Shown piece after piece: positions 13,001-23,540 of a stretch of DNA of 64,000 bases (positions are counted from its first letter, which is position 1; the number at the start of each line of letters is the position of its first letter). Both the position numbers and the translations under genes were made by a program. Below the pieces are notes generated by a model that saw nothing but the letters and a program-made list of their open reading frames with translations, made no database searches and was not told where the DNA came from. Source of the stretch: Mobula hypostoma (Eukaryota); the NCBI RefSeq assembly GCF_963921235.1, contig NC_086109.1, positions 11,470,001-11,534,000 of the forward strand. Direction: 5' to 3'.

Positions 13001-14733
13001 ATCACTCTCCATAAGTTGTCTTGTGGTTACAACAATAGATCCTGTGTGTATTCTGATTGATATTCTTGGATGGTAACTGTATTTCTCTGTATCCACTACT
13101 GTATTGCATTTCCTTTGATAGTTTGTTTTACACAAAACTATGGTTCCCCGTTTCTCTGCAGGTGAACATCGCACTGTGACCGTTTCTCCCACTCCTGCTC
13201 GTACCACCATTGTGTGATGTCGTGTCAACGATTCTGTCAGTAAAATTAAAGTAAAAAAATTAATTTTTATTGATTGATTTTGTTTTATTTACAGTAACAG
13301 GCCCTACTGGCCCAATGAGCCCGCGCAGCCCAATTGTACACGTGATCAATTGACCTACGAACTTGTACTTCTTTAGAACGTGGAATGAAACCAGAGCACA
13401 TGGAGGAAACCTACGTGATCACAAGGACGATGTACAAATGCTTTACAGACAGCATTGGCAATTGAACCTGGATCGCTAGTGCTGTAATAGTGATACATAG
13501 AAGATAGAATAGTACAGCACAGTACAGTAGAGACAGCGGCGGAATTGAACCTGGATCGCTAGCATTGTAGCAGCATTACATAGATCATAGAACACTACAG
13601 CACCGTACAGATCCTTTGGCCCATGATGTTGAGCCGACCTTTTAATCTACTATCAGATCAATCTAACCCTATCATCTTGTACACCTCTATCATGTTACAT
13701 CTCATCCTCCTTCACTCTAAAACAAAGAGCCCTAGCTTGCTCCACCTATCTTCATAGGACATGTTCTCTAATCTAGGCAGACCTCCACTAACCATTAAGC
13801 TACCAAGATGATATTTTATAGAATCTCAATGAAGTATTTCCATAAAAACCTTACATGAAACTTAATCTTCGCTCACTTCTCTGGATCAATGGCTAAATAT
13901 TCTTACAGCATAAAATGAAGCCATTTCAGCCCTTTGGGCCAATGCAGTTCCATTTCCCACCAGTCCTTACAAAGAGATGCTATGGACTAGATGGACCAAA
14001 TAGTCTCCCACCATACTGAACCCATTCCATTACCTCATTTTCTGACATGATAGCCCTTGGTTCTTAACAGACTTGATAGTCATTGCGGCATTGCCTATTG
14101 TGGAAGTTGGCTTTTGGGTTTTCTACACACCTCTGCACTTCAAAAGTACTTTGTTGTTTGTGAAGTGTGCTGTGAAATTTTTATAGACCTGTAGATCATG
14201 CACCATAGAAACAAGTGCTTCAGCTCACTGAGTCTGTGCAGACCATAAAACACTCACTTCCATGAATCCCTTTCTCTTCTCCCCACATTCCCATCAACAC
14301 CCCTTAGATACTCACCGACAATTTACCATGGACAATTATCTTACCAAGCTGTACATCTTTGGGATGTGGGACGGTGGGGTAATTCGAACACCCGGAGGAA
14401 ACCCACACAGGGAGACATAGCACGCCAAAGCAATGGAGGACAGATTGGGCCAAAAGCAAACCCTCTGTGCTGCACGTACTCCATAGAACTTTTTTGCTAA
14501 ATCCTCCCCCACAACTTTGTTTCAGCTCACTATTCCTCGTACTAAAAAGTAAAATTGATTGTCACCTTTCCTGATCCCTGTTGCTTATTCTCAGCGGTAG
14601 AGTTTCATCACGTGTCTGGTTAGCATTAAACAATTTTTAAGGTTATATGTAACTAGATGCTATAGTTCAATATATGTGAAAAGAAAGTCTTACTTGAGAT
14701 GACAGAGAGCAATAGCAGAGCAGCAAACAGCAT
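978..14733 (-). CDS. Gene A: CD300/pIgR-like (MDIR-like) two-Ig-V-domain type I membrane receptor; 3' end incomplete
   Basis: Five phase-compatible exons with GT/AG sites: leader 14694-14733, V1 12922-13233, V2 8539-8850, stalk 6601-6631, TM 978-1096. Spliced product MLFAALLLLSVISKSLTRHH...YWCG...VTAGSWTADNTT...YWCG...EISEETPENSKDNKSSGPQIWYILLPLLLGLLVLLLIVLLIKKRRRPQKIVTPA. Both V domains carry the CD300/pIgR C-x7-C extra disulfide and the DxGxYWCG motif. Confidence 0.88.
1500..1925 (-). mobile_element. Rex1/Babar-like LINE RT remnant
   Basis: VDRVSGLKFLGVNLPEDLSW resembles the Rex1 FKFLGV...DLSW motif. Confidence 0.55.
1945..5800 (-). mobile_element. Cluster of degenerate CR1 LINE fragments (gene A intron 4)
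   Basis: ORF 2402..2794 (LGIQIHSSLK...LIRLHLQYCIHFW), 4117..4323 (LEGSDHNMIEF) and 5529..5717 (ORF1-like VVVHISTNDI). Confidence 0.75.
5800..6140 (-). mobile_element. Rex1/Babar-like RT remnant (paralogue at about 54700-55010)
   Basis: VVGRIKSDDELAYRRVTENLVEWCQGNNLSLN matches the Rex1 VVGLI..DE.AYR.EV..L..WC..NNL.LN pattern. Confidence 0.7.
6601..6631 (-). CDS. Gene A 31-nt stalk exon (ETPENSKDNK-S)
   Basis: ccag|AA ACA CCA GAA AAT TCT AAG GAC AAC AAA AG|gtgag. Phase 1 to 2 exactly bridges V2 (phase 1) and TM (phase 2); conserved in gene B. Confidence 0.8.
8539..8850 (-). CDS. Gene A membrane-proximal Ig V domain exon (V2)
   Basis: 312 nt, phase 1-1, cagcag|GT...GAA G|gtacg; HCHY...KFLCKVTSVNRC...DKGEYWCG; ORF track 8507..8824. 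Confidence 0.92.
8995..10535 (+). mobile_element. Degenerate CR1 ORF2 and 3' end in gene A intron 2
   Basis: ORFs 9012..9257 and 9873..10163 (LVRPNLEYSVQFWS...VERVQRKFTRM); orthologous copy at about 57885-59445. Confidence 0.8.
10545..12086 (-). mobile_element. Tc1-family DNA transposon, degenerate, about 1.54 kb
   Basis: TA|CAGT ends (left TIR partly deleted; right end cttttgtactgtactg|ta); HTH remnant KLSAADVRYIKL...STAISSKL and DDE remnant ILQYVNDPKHTAK. Confidence 0.85.
12922..13233 (-). CDS. Gene A membrane-distal Ig V domain exon (V1)
   Basis: 312 nt, phase 1-1, ttttactgacag|AA...GCA G|gtaagg; VRC...LCKTNYQRKC...DSGIYWCG; ORF track 12911..13228. Confidence 0.92.
14694..14733 (-). CDS. 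Gene A leader (signal peptide) exon MLFAALLLLSVIS
   Basis: ATG, hydrophobic core, TCA A|gtaag phase-1 donor; conserved at 63480-63519. Confidence 0.85.
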
Positions 14734-14785
14734 TGTTCCAGTGATGGTTCTCAGTTTCCCGTGACTGTGTCCACAATATGCTCTT

Positions 14786-14950
14786 CTTCCTCTTTTTTTA
14801 AAAGAGATGTCGTGGATTGCACCATTTCCTCTTAAATTAGCAAATAGCTTTGCAATGTGATACAGAAAAAGGGAGATTAACAAATGTCCTTTTTCACATG
14901 CTACTGTGTATATTGTTACAAGTTTCCAGTTTGGGGAAACAGGAAGATGA
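14786..14950 (-). promoter_or_regulatory. Gene A proximal promoter motifs (PU.1/Ets-like GAGGAAG at 14786-14796; CAGGAAG at about 14940-14946)
   Basis: AAAAGAGGAAG about 55 bp upstream of the ATG on the minus strand; both motifs conserved in gene B (GAGGAAGTG 63567-63575; CAGGAAG about 63726-63732). Motif match only. Confidence 0.4.
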
Positions 14951-14969
14951 CTCTTAACTGAATATAAGT

Positions 14970-15918
14970 TGTTATGTACCCCGTAACTGGGTTGCCAAAC
15001 CAGCAGAAATGGACCACTTAGTTGGAGTCTGGATTACTGGAACTAAGAAAGTTTTATTAAAGAAATAAGTAACACAGTACTCTAAATGTAAGGATATAAA
15101 TGCAACAGGTTAGCAATGATAAAACACACATGTACACAGAAGTAGGATAATAGGATCAATCAAGCTCTATCGCAGTCTAGGGGTAAAATGATCAGTCTCA
15201 AGTGACATAGAGTTCAGTCCAGTTTAGTTCAGTTCGCAGTGATCANNNNNNNNNNNNNNNNNNNNNNNNNNNNNNNNNNNNNNNNNNNNNNNNNNNNNNN
15301 NNNNNNNNNNNNNNNNNNNNNNNNNNNNNNNNNNNNNNNNNNNNNNNNNNNNNNNNNNNNNNNNNNNNNNNNNNNNNNNNNNNNNNNAACAGACCTTTGA
15401 TATTCCTCGCAGTTAGCTTTCGGGCGAGCCTTTTGTAATGTCTTCTGTGGTCACCGACTGTGACCCCTCCGCTCCAGATACGACTGTTCTTCCGCGGTGA
15501 ACCCGGCACCCAGGCAAGGGCGGACACACACACCAGGTTCCCGCCGATCGTACCTTCCACCCTGTGCGTCTATGGTCGGTCCCGCGACCAGACCTCCAAA
15601 ACTTCCACCAACTTGTGGGGGCGGGGGGGGCGGGGAGGCACAACGCACTTCCAGGGTCTCGTTATCTCGTGGTGTCGTGGTGTGTCGCTTGCCTTAGCGA
15701 ACCTGTTCCTTTTATCCCCCTGCTGGGGTATCGCCTGTCCATCAAACTTCAAACAGTTCAGGTTCAAAGCAACCGGTCTGATAATACTCGAAACTGTGTC
15801 TATTTTCGTTAATCTCTCTCGTCTCTCTCTTATTAGCATTTTGAATGTTTCCCCCATTTGCCTCTCTCTTATCTCTCTTATCGGCATCAATCTTCTGATA
15901 ACTTGGTCTTTTGTCACA
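14970..15918 (-). mobile_element. LTR (TG...CA) insertion with 4-bp TSD AAGT, containing an assembly gap
   Basis: gaatataagt|TGTTA...TCACA|aagtacacacag versus the empty paralogous site gaatataagtacacacag at about 63746; AATAAA on the minus strand at 15053-15058. Confidence 0.85.
15246..15387. other. Assembly gap (142 N)
   Basis: Run of n characters. Confidence 1.
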
Positions 15919-17255
15919 AAGTACACACAGAGGAAAGAGGAGCTGCTAAAAAAACAGCATTACCTTCACCCTACACAAAATGCTGTAAGAACTCAGCAGA
16001 CCAGGCAGCGTCCATGGAAATGAGTAAAAAGTTGATGTTTCAGGCTGAGACCCTTCATCCAGACTCAAGATTAAGGGTCTCTTTTCTATGGATGCTGCCT
16101 GGCCTGCTGAGTTCCTCCAACATTTTGTGTGAGTTGCTTGCATTTCCAGCGTCTGCATGTTTTCTCTTATTTGTGGTTCTCTTCATCCTTACTGTTTCAG
16201 TGGCAGGATGGACAATATTCAGCATCTGAGTCACTGCTATCTGGAAGGAGGTACTGTAGCCTTGGGTCCCACACCACCAGCTTCAGGAACAGTAATGAAC
16301 GCTCAACCATCAGGCTCCTGAACCAGTGTGGATAACTTCACTCACCACAACACTGAACTATTCCGCAACCTGCTGATTCACTTTCAAGGACTTTACAACC
16401 CATACTTTCAATATTATTTATTTTTCAAGGACTTTGCAAACTATGCTCTCTCTATCCATTCTTTTATTTATATATTTTTTATTTGCACAGTTTGTCTTTA
16501 TGTGCACATTGGTTGTTTGTCTTTGTGTGTAGTCTTTTATTGACTCTATTGTGTTTCTTTGTATTTACTGCAAATGCCTGCAAGAAAATGAATCTCAGGA
16601 TGGGAAATGGTGACCTATTCATACTTTGATCATAAATTTACATTGAACTTTGATATATTGCAAAGATGGAACTGAAGCAGGACATATGACTCACAGTATG
16701 TCGTCAACTATCAGTAACCCTGACATCTTCTTGTTGACAGCCGGCACAGATGAATTTCGGGGGGATGTATGCTTGACCCACTGCTCTATTCTCTCTAGGC
16801 TTGTGTATGTGGCTAGGCACATACATCCATAAATTCGCAGACTACGCTACTGTTGATGTGACTTGATAGAGGTGTACATGATGATAAGAGACGTAGATAG
16901 AGTATCTACAAGTGTTCTCCACTCCCCTGAGCCATCCCACCAATCGCTGAAATATCATGTTAAATTTTAATACATGCAACACAGAAAAGTTGCTGGTGAA
17001 CGCAGCAGGCCAGGGAGCATCTCTAGGAAGAGGTACACTGAAGAATTTAAAACCTTTTTGCGTTTTTAAATTTTATTAGTTTATGAAAACCGTTTAAGGT
17101 CCCTCTGATGTTACCTCCATCAGAGGTAACATCAAAAACTTAAGTTTTCTTGTTATGCTTTATGTCGTCCATCACTGCCATTTTCTATCCTTCGTGCATT
17201 CCTTTTGCACTCTGTTCCAAAGATGAGGAGACCTATCCCAGTTGCAGTCCAATTA

Positions 17256-18871
17256 CACTGGACAACAAAGATTTTGCTTCCTGAATACCTTTAGGTGTAT
17301 CTTATGAATTTTGGGCTACTGATCATGAAAATCACCATGAAATTTCCCTATCACGCACCATTTTTTAATAAACTTTTGTTTATTTTTTCAATTCATAATT
17401 CAAGTCAATTAAAATGTTGCCTACAATGTAAGCTGGAAAGTTTCCTATCTTGTCCAGGCATGCTTGGGTGGCACAGCTACTGCATGGTAGGACAATCCCA
17501 GCATCTGCAGATTATTTTGTGTTTAGTTTTAGACAGATGCTTCCCAGAATAACTGATGCCAAGATTAAGGAAAGCATTTTTGTTGGTCCACAAATCAGAC
17601 AGATCATCAATGACAGGAAATTTGAAGAATTTCTAGTGGGACCGGAGAAAATCACATGGAAGGCATTCAAGGAATTTGTTGAAATTTTTCTTGGCATCTA
17701 CAGAGCACCAAACCACATGCAGCTGATTGAAAGCATGCTTCAAGTATATAAAACCATGAAATGTAACATGTCACTAAAGATTCACTTTCTGCATTCGCAT
17801 TTAGACTTCTTCCCTGCAAATCTTGGCGCTGTTAGTGATGAGCATGGTGAAGGGTTTCACCAGGACACTGCGGTCACGGAGAAAAGATACCAGGGCAACT
17901 GAAATCCATCAATGCTGGCGAATTATTGTTGAACTCTTAAGCGAGAAGCCTAAGACACTGAGTACAAATGAAAATCATTAACAAAATATTTTTAACTTTG
18001 TTGAAGTATTGCAAAGCATCAGCAATATTATGCAATTAAACACATTATATTCAATTAGATTATGAGGACACTCAATCCTCGTTTATTGTCATTTGGAAAT
18101 GCATGCATTAAAAAATGATACAATGTTCCGCCAGTATGATATCACAGGAACACAAGACAGACCAAGACTAAATCTGACAAAAACCACATAATTATAACAT
18201 ACAGTTACAACAGTGCAAAGCAATATCGTAATTTGATAAGAGCAGACCATGGGCACGGTAAAAAAAAGTCTCAAAGTCCCAATGCCCTAACATCTCACGC
18301 AGACAGTAGAAGGGAGAAACTCACCCTGCCATGAGCTTCCAGTGCCGTAAACTTGCCAATGTAGTATTCTGGAAGCACCTGACCACAGTCCGACGCTGAG
18401 TCCGTCCAAAAACTTTGAGCCTCCGACCAGCCCTCTGACACCGAGCACCATCTCTGCCGAGTGCTTTGACCCCACCCTGGCCGCCGAGCAAGAAGCAAAG
18501 CCGAGGATTCGGGGCCTTCCCCTCTGGAGATTTCCGATCACACAGTAGCGGTGACAGCGAAACAGAAAACAGGCATTTCAAAAGTTTCACCAGATGTTCC
18601 TCCATGCTCTCGCGTCTGCCTTCATCAAATCAGAATTGTGCACGGCATCCTACTTGACAGATACAGATATCATCACCTGAGAGGCCACGAACGCTGTGTC
18701 GCGCCGCCATCTTCTCCTCCTCCTCCAATAAAAGTTAACTTGTTGTTTCTCCAAATTCCTATGTGATACAAGTAGTTTGAAATTACATTTGTGTTCATCT
18801 TCAAGCAGTCTATAATAAACAAAAAAAAATTCTGAGGAAGCAACACTTTTGAAAAAGTTTGTTGTCCAGTG
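17256..18871 (+). mobile_element. Internally deleted DNA transposon, probably Chapaev3 (CMC)
   Basis: TIR CACTGGACAACAAA at both ends, TTA TSD; ORF 17450..17902 with LKIHFLHSHLDFFPANLGAVSDEHGEGFHQD...EKRYQG. The family assignment rests on recalled CAC ends, TWA TSD and motif. Confidence 0.7.
18056..18725 (-). mobile_element. Non-autonomous retroelement nested in the Chapaev-like element
   Basis: Interrupts tattcaat|aaaag with a CAAT duplication; cataatcta-type tail at the minus-strand 3' end; GC-rich 5' end. Family not recognised. Confidence 0.55.
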
Positions 18872-19232
18872 TTATCATTCCTCCTTCAATATCACTAAAA
18901 CAGATTTTCAGGTGGTAAGACCATAAGACATAATGCAGAATTAGGCCATTCAGCCCATCGAGTAGGCTCCACCATTCAACATGTTTATTTATTATCCTTT
19001 CCAACCTATTTTCCTCCTTTCTCCCCTAACCTTTGACACCCTTACTAATCAAAAACCTTTCAACTTGCACTTTAAATATACCCAGTGACTTGGTCCCTGG
19101 AACTACTTGTTCTAAGGCTATTAAAAGGCCTCCTACTACAATAAGAAGGACTCTGGATTTCACAGTTCCACCATCCTCTGGCTAAAGAAATTCCTCCTCA
19201 TATCCATTCCAAATGAATGTCCCTCAATTCTG

Positions 19233-19949
19233 GGTGTCATTATACACCAGTCATTGAAAGTGGGCATGCAGGTACAGCAGGCGGTGAAAAAGGCGAATGG
19301 TATGCTGGCATTTATAACGAGAGGATTCGAGTACAGGAGCAGGGAGGTACTACTGCAGTTGTACAAGGCCTTGGTGAGACCACACTTGGAGTATTGTGTG
19401 CAGTTTTGGTCCCCTAATCTGAGGAAAGACATCTTTGCCATAGAGGGAGTACGAAGAAGGTTCACCAGATTGATTCCTGGGATGGCAGGACTTATATATG
19501 AAGAAAGACTGGATGAACTGGGCTTGTACTCGTTGGAATTTAGAAGATTGAGGGGGGATCTGATTGAAACGTATAAGATTCTAAAGGGATTGGACAGGCT
19601 AGATGCAGGAAGATTGTTCCCGATGTTGGGGAAGTCCAGAACGAGGGGTCACAGTTTGAGGATAGAGGGGAAGCCTTTTAGGACCGAGATTCGGAAAAAC
19701 TTCTTCACACAGAGAGTGGTGAATCTGTGGAATTCTCTGCCACAGGAAACAGTTGAGGCCAGTTCATTGGCTATATTTAAGAGGGAGTTAGATATGGCCC
19801 TTGTGGCTACGGGGGTCAGGGGGTATGGAGGGAAGGCTGGGGCGGGGTTCTGAGTTGGATGATCAGCCATGATCATAATAAATGGCGGTGCAGGCTCGAA
19901 GGGCCGAATGGCCTACTCCTGCACCTATTTTCTATGTTTCTATGTTTCT
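19233..19949 (+). mobile_element. Young 5'-truncated CR1 with intact ORF2 C-terminus
   Basis: Uninterrupted 199-aa frame 19254..19853, (TTTCTATG)n tail, 7-bp TSD AATTCTG (19226-19232 and 19950-19956), nested in an older minus-strand CR1. Confidence 0.92.
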
Positions 19950-20797
19950 AATTCTGAGGCTGTGCCCTCTGGTCTGAGACACCGCATTATAAAAAAACAA
20001 ATCTTCTAAACTTCAGTGAATAGAGACGCATAGACATCAAATGCTCCTCATGTATTAGAAACATGGAAACATAGAAATCCTACAGCACAATACAGGCCCT
20101 TCGGCCCACAAAGCTGTGCCAAACATGTCCTTACCTTAGAAATTACCTGGGGTTATCCATAGCCCTCTATTTTCCTGAGCTCCATTTATCTGTCCAGGAG
20201 TCTCTTGAAAGACCCGATCGTATCCACCTCCACCACCATCGCAGGCAGCCCATTCCACTCATATTACCTCTTTGATTCCTGAGATAATTCTCATCAATCC
20301 TCTCTAATGCCACCACAACCTTAGATAAAGTGCTCAATTCTTGGTCTTTATTGAAGTTTGTGGGAGCTTGCTGTGTGCATGTTTGCTGTTGACTTTCTCG
20401 TGTTACAACAGTGACAACACATCAAAAGTGTTTTATTTGTGAACTATCTTAGTAACATTCTGAAAGGGATGTGGAAGGCACAATAGAAATAAAAATCTTA
20501 ATCTTCCTTAATCATTTCATCTCATTCATTGATGGCTTCTCATGGAGTAGAACTCTGCTGGGAATTAAAATTGCAAGTGAACTCAACCATGGCCAGTCTG
20601 ATCTCCATCTAAACTCAGAAGAAAATACTTACTCACCTGATCAGGAAGCACTTCAAGAAAATTGGAGGGCAAACCTGATAGGCTGTGCGATATCAGTTCT
20701 GACAAAATACAAAAGACATCACACTGACACATATCATGCAGATCGTATCAAGTACAACCAAGCCTAATCCGAACCCATAAACACAAGAGATGTCTCA

Positions 20798-21005
20798 GAT
20801 GCTGGAGATCCAGAACAACACACACAAAAAGTCAGAGGAACAAAGCAGATTAGGCAGCATCTATAGAGAGGAATAAAGACTTGTTGTTTCAGGCGAGACC
20901 ATTCATGAATCCTGATGAAGGGTGTTGGTCCGAAATGTCTCTTTATTCTTCTCCATAGATGCTGCCTGATCTGCTGAGTTCATCCAGCATTTTGCGTGTG
21001 TTGCT
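20798..21005. repeat. Palindromic Penelope-derived repeat with hammerhead-ribozyme-like core
   Basis: Inverted arms of about 100 bp; CTGATGA-A-GGGT/GTCC-GAAA-TGTC at 20912-20939; many degenerate relatives in the window. Confidence 0.65.
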
Positions 21006-21649
21006 GAGACTAATGCAAATATTTTAGTAGAAAATACACCAACTCGACTTGAACCGAGCTTATATAGTCAGGTATGCATCAAGTAGGCATACACTGATCT
21101 GGAATTCCATTCTTATCCCCTTGTCATTATCAGCTTTTAATAATGCATTAAAACTAATCTTTTTAAACAAAATTAATTGTTTCCCATTAGGTCCTTGCTC
21201 CTTTGTCTTACAACCAGCTTTGCATCACTGCTTTTCAGTGAAGAACAACCACTTTATAACTTAGTAGCTGTGTGCTGTCTATCCGCGTATACGGATATAC
21301 AAACTTGAATTCACGTTGAGTAACATTACTGAAGAGAAATTCAGTATTCCAGTGATGGGTCTTTCGATTCTGAAGAGAGTATCACCAATTTGTACTGATC
21401 GCCCATTCCTACCACAGTCCAAGGATGTGCTGGGGGCAGTCTGGAGGTCACACCATATATCCGGCACCAACATTGCGTGCCCACAATTTACAAGCCCTAA
21501 CTCGTACATCTATGAACTGTGGGATGAAGTTGGAGTACCCAGAGGAAACCCAAGTAGTTATGGGGAAAACATATAAACTCCTTACAGACAGCGGCAGGAA
21601 TTGAAAGCAGATCACTGGCATCGTAGAGTGTTACACAAATTGCTACATG

Positions 21650-22310
21650 CAATGTCAACATTCATTTCAAGAGGACTGGAATATAAAAGCAAGGATATAA
21701 TGGTGAGACTTTAAAAAGCACTGGTGAGGCCTCACTTGGCGTAAAGTGAGCCCCTTATCCTCAAAAGGATGTGCTGAAATTGTAGAGGGTTCTAAGGTGG
21801 TTCACGAAAATGATTCCAGGATTGACCAGCTTGCTATAACATAAAGAATTTTACTCCTCATGGATGTGAAGGAAGTAAGAAATAAAGTGAACTCAATTCA
21901 TATGAAGAGTGTTTGATGGCTCAGGGCCTGTATTCACTGGAATTCAGAAGAATGAGGGGTGACCTAATTGAACTCTATTGAATATTTAAAGGCCTCGACA
22001 GAGTTGATGTGAAGAGGATGTTTCCTATACTGAGAGCATCTAAGACCACAAGTTACAGCCTTAGAATAGAGGGATGTTTATTTAGAATGAGGATGAGCAG
22101 GAAATTCTTTAGTCAGAGGGTGGTGAATCTGTGGAATTGTTGCCACAGGTAGAGGTTGATAGATTCTTGATTGGTCAGGGCATGAAGAAATATAGGGAGA
22201 AGGCAGGAGATTGAGGCTGAGGGGAATAATGGATCAGCCATGATGAAATGGGAGAGCAATCTTGATGGGCCAAATGGCTTAATTCTGCCCTTATGGTTTT
22301 GTTACCGTGC
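21650..22310 (+). mobile_element. Degenerate CR1 3' fragment
   Basis: ctggtgaggcctcacttgg...gtggtgaatctgtggaat...ggatcagccatg, CR1 3' hallmarks. Confidence 0.7.
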
Positions 22311-23540
22311 TGCCCTTCAATGCTAGTGTGCCACTCTTCACTTGGTGCCCTTGTTGACACCAAAGAAATTAAAACTCCAGGCCCTCTCTATTTTTGTTCT
22401 GTTGAGACTGGCTCAGAGAGCTCACGCTTCTATCTCCTGGGCTTGGTCTCTCACTTCCTCACAAATTAACGAATATCTTTGCAACACGGCATAGAATACA
22501 AAGCATTGACATACATCCTATTTCACAGCTTGCTGTGGTCATGTTAACCAAGTTCCATTTTGAGCACATTAACTGTTGCTGACTGATGCTTGACGGTTTG
22601 TCTGAAAGTCAACACATTCACAGAAAAAGGATGCTGCACACAACAGGAACTAACTCAGAGGCTTGAACTGCAAACATATTTTTTCAATTCATTATTCAAA
22701 ATTTATTTTCCATATTCACCTCTATTAAAGTGGAGGAAAGCTTTTAGGTGCTAAACACAGAAAATTGATGCTTGTGCAGCTGGTATTTTGGATATTTTGT
22801 GTAGTCCTCTGGCAGTTGTGCAAGAAAATAGAGGGCTATGGGTATCCCTAGGTAATTTCTAAAGTAAGTACATGTTCGGCACAGCATTGTGGGCCGAAGA
22901 GCCTGTATTGTGCTGTAGGTTGTCTATGTTTCTATGTGGTGGTGATTATAAAACTACCTGTGGTATCGTGAAGGGCAGATTGAAAGGGCCATCCACATTG
23001 TTGCAGATCTGGAGTTATGTTTGGATAAGATTTGATGCTGAAATTAGTTTTGTTATTGTCACATGTACCGAGGCATTGTGAAAAAAAGACTTTCTTTTGC
23101 ATTCCATCTGCACCGATCATTTCATTCACGCATTGCATTGAGGGAGTACAATGGAAAGGCTTTACATTTTGCAGAATAACTCGTTACAGTTACAGAGAAA
23201 GTGCAGTGCAGACAGAAAAGTGGAAGGCAACAGTGAGGATCTTGCTGACAATGTGTGGTCACTGGAGAACAAAACTGGAGGATCTGAGGACAAGACTGCT
23301 GTATCAGAGATGAGAAAAATCTCAATTGTTTGTTGTATGGTAACTTGGACAGGCCAGCTGCAGCAGTCAGGCCAGAGGATTTACGATTTACAGAATGGAC
23401 CGAAGTGCGGACTTATGAAAGGCAAAGGGTGGAGGCGTGCGTTTGATGGTCAGTTCTTGTCAGTGCTCTGACGTGGCGATTCTGTCGAACAAGCGTATTC
23501 TCGTCTAGGAACACCTGAAGATCAATTGCAGAGCAACCTA

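Noticed and set aside
15243-16023. Several overlapping ORFs around the assembly gap
   Set aside because: They lie within the LTR and partly read through Ns; no recognisable protein motif.
22500-22830. Possible minus-strand exons in apparently unique sequence (acceptor-like gactttcag near 22600)
   Set aside because: No frame gave a recognisable domain or a strong matching donor, and the context is broken by a CR1 tail.
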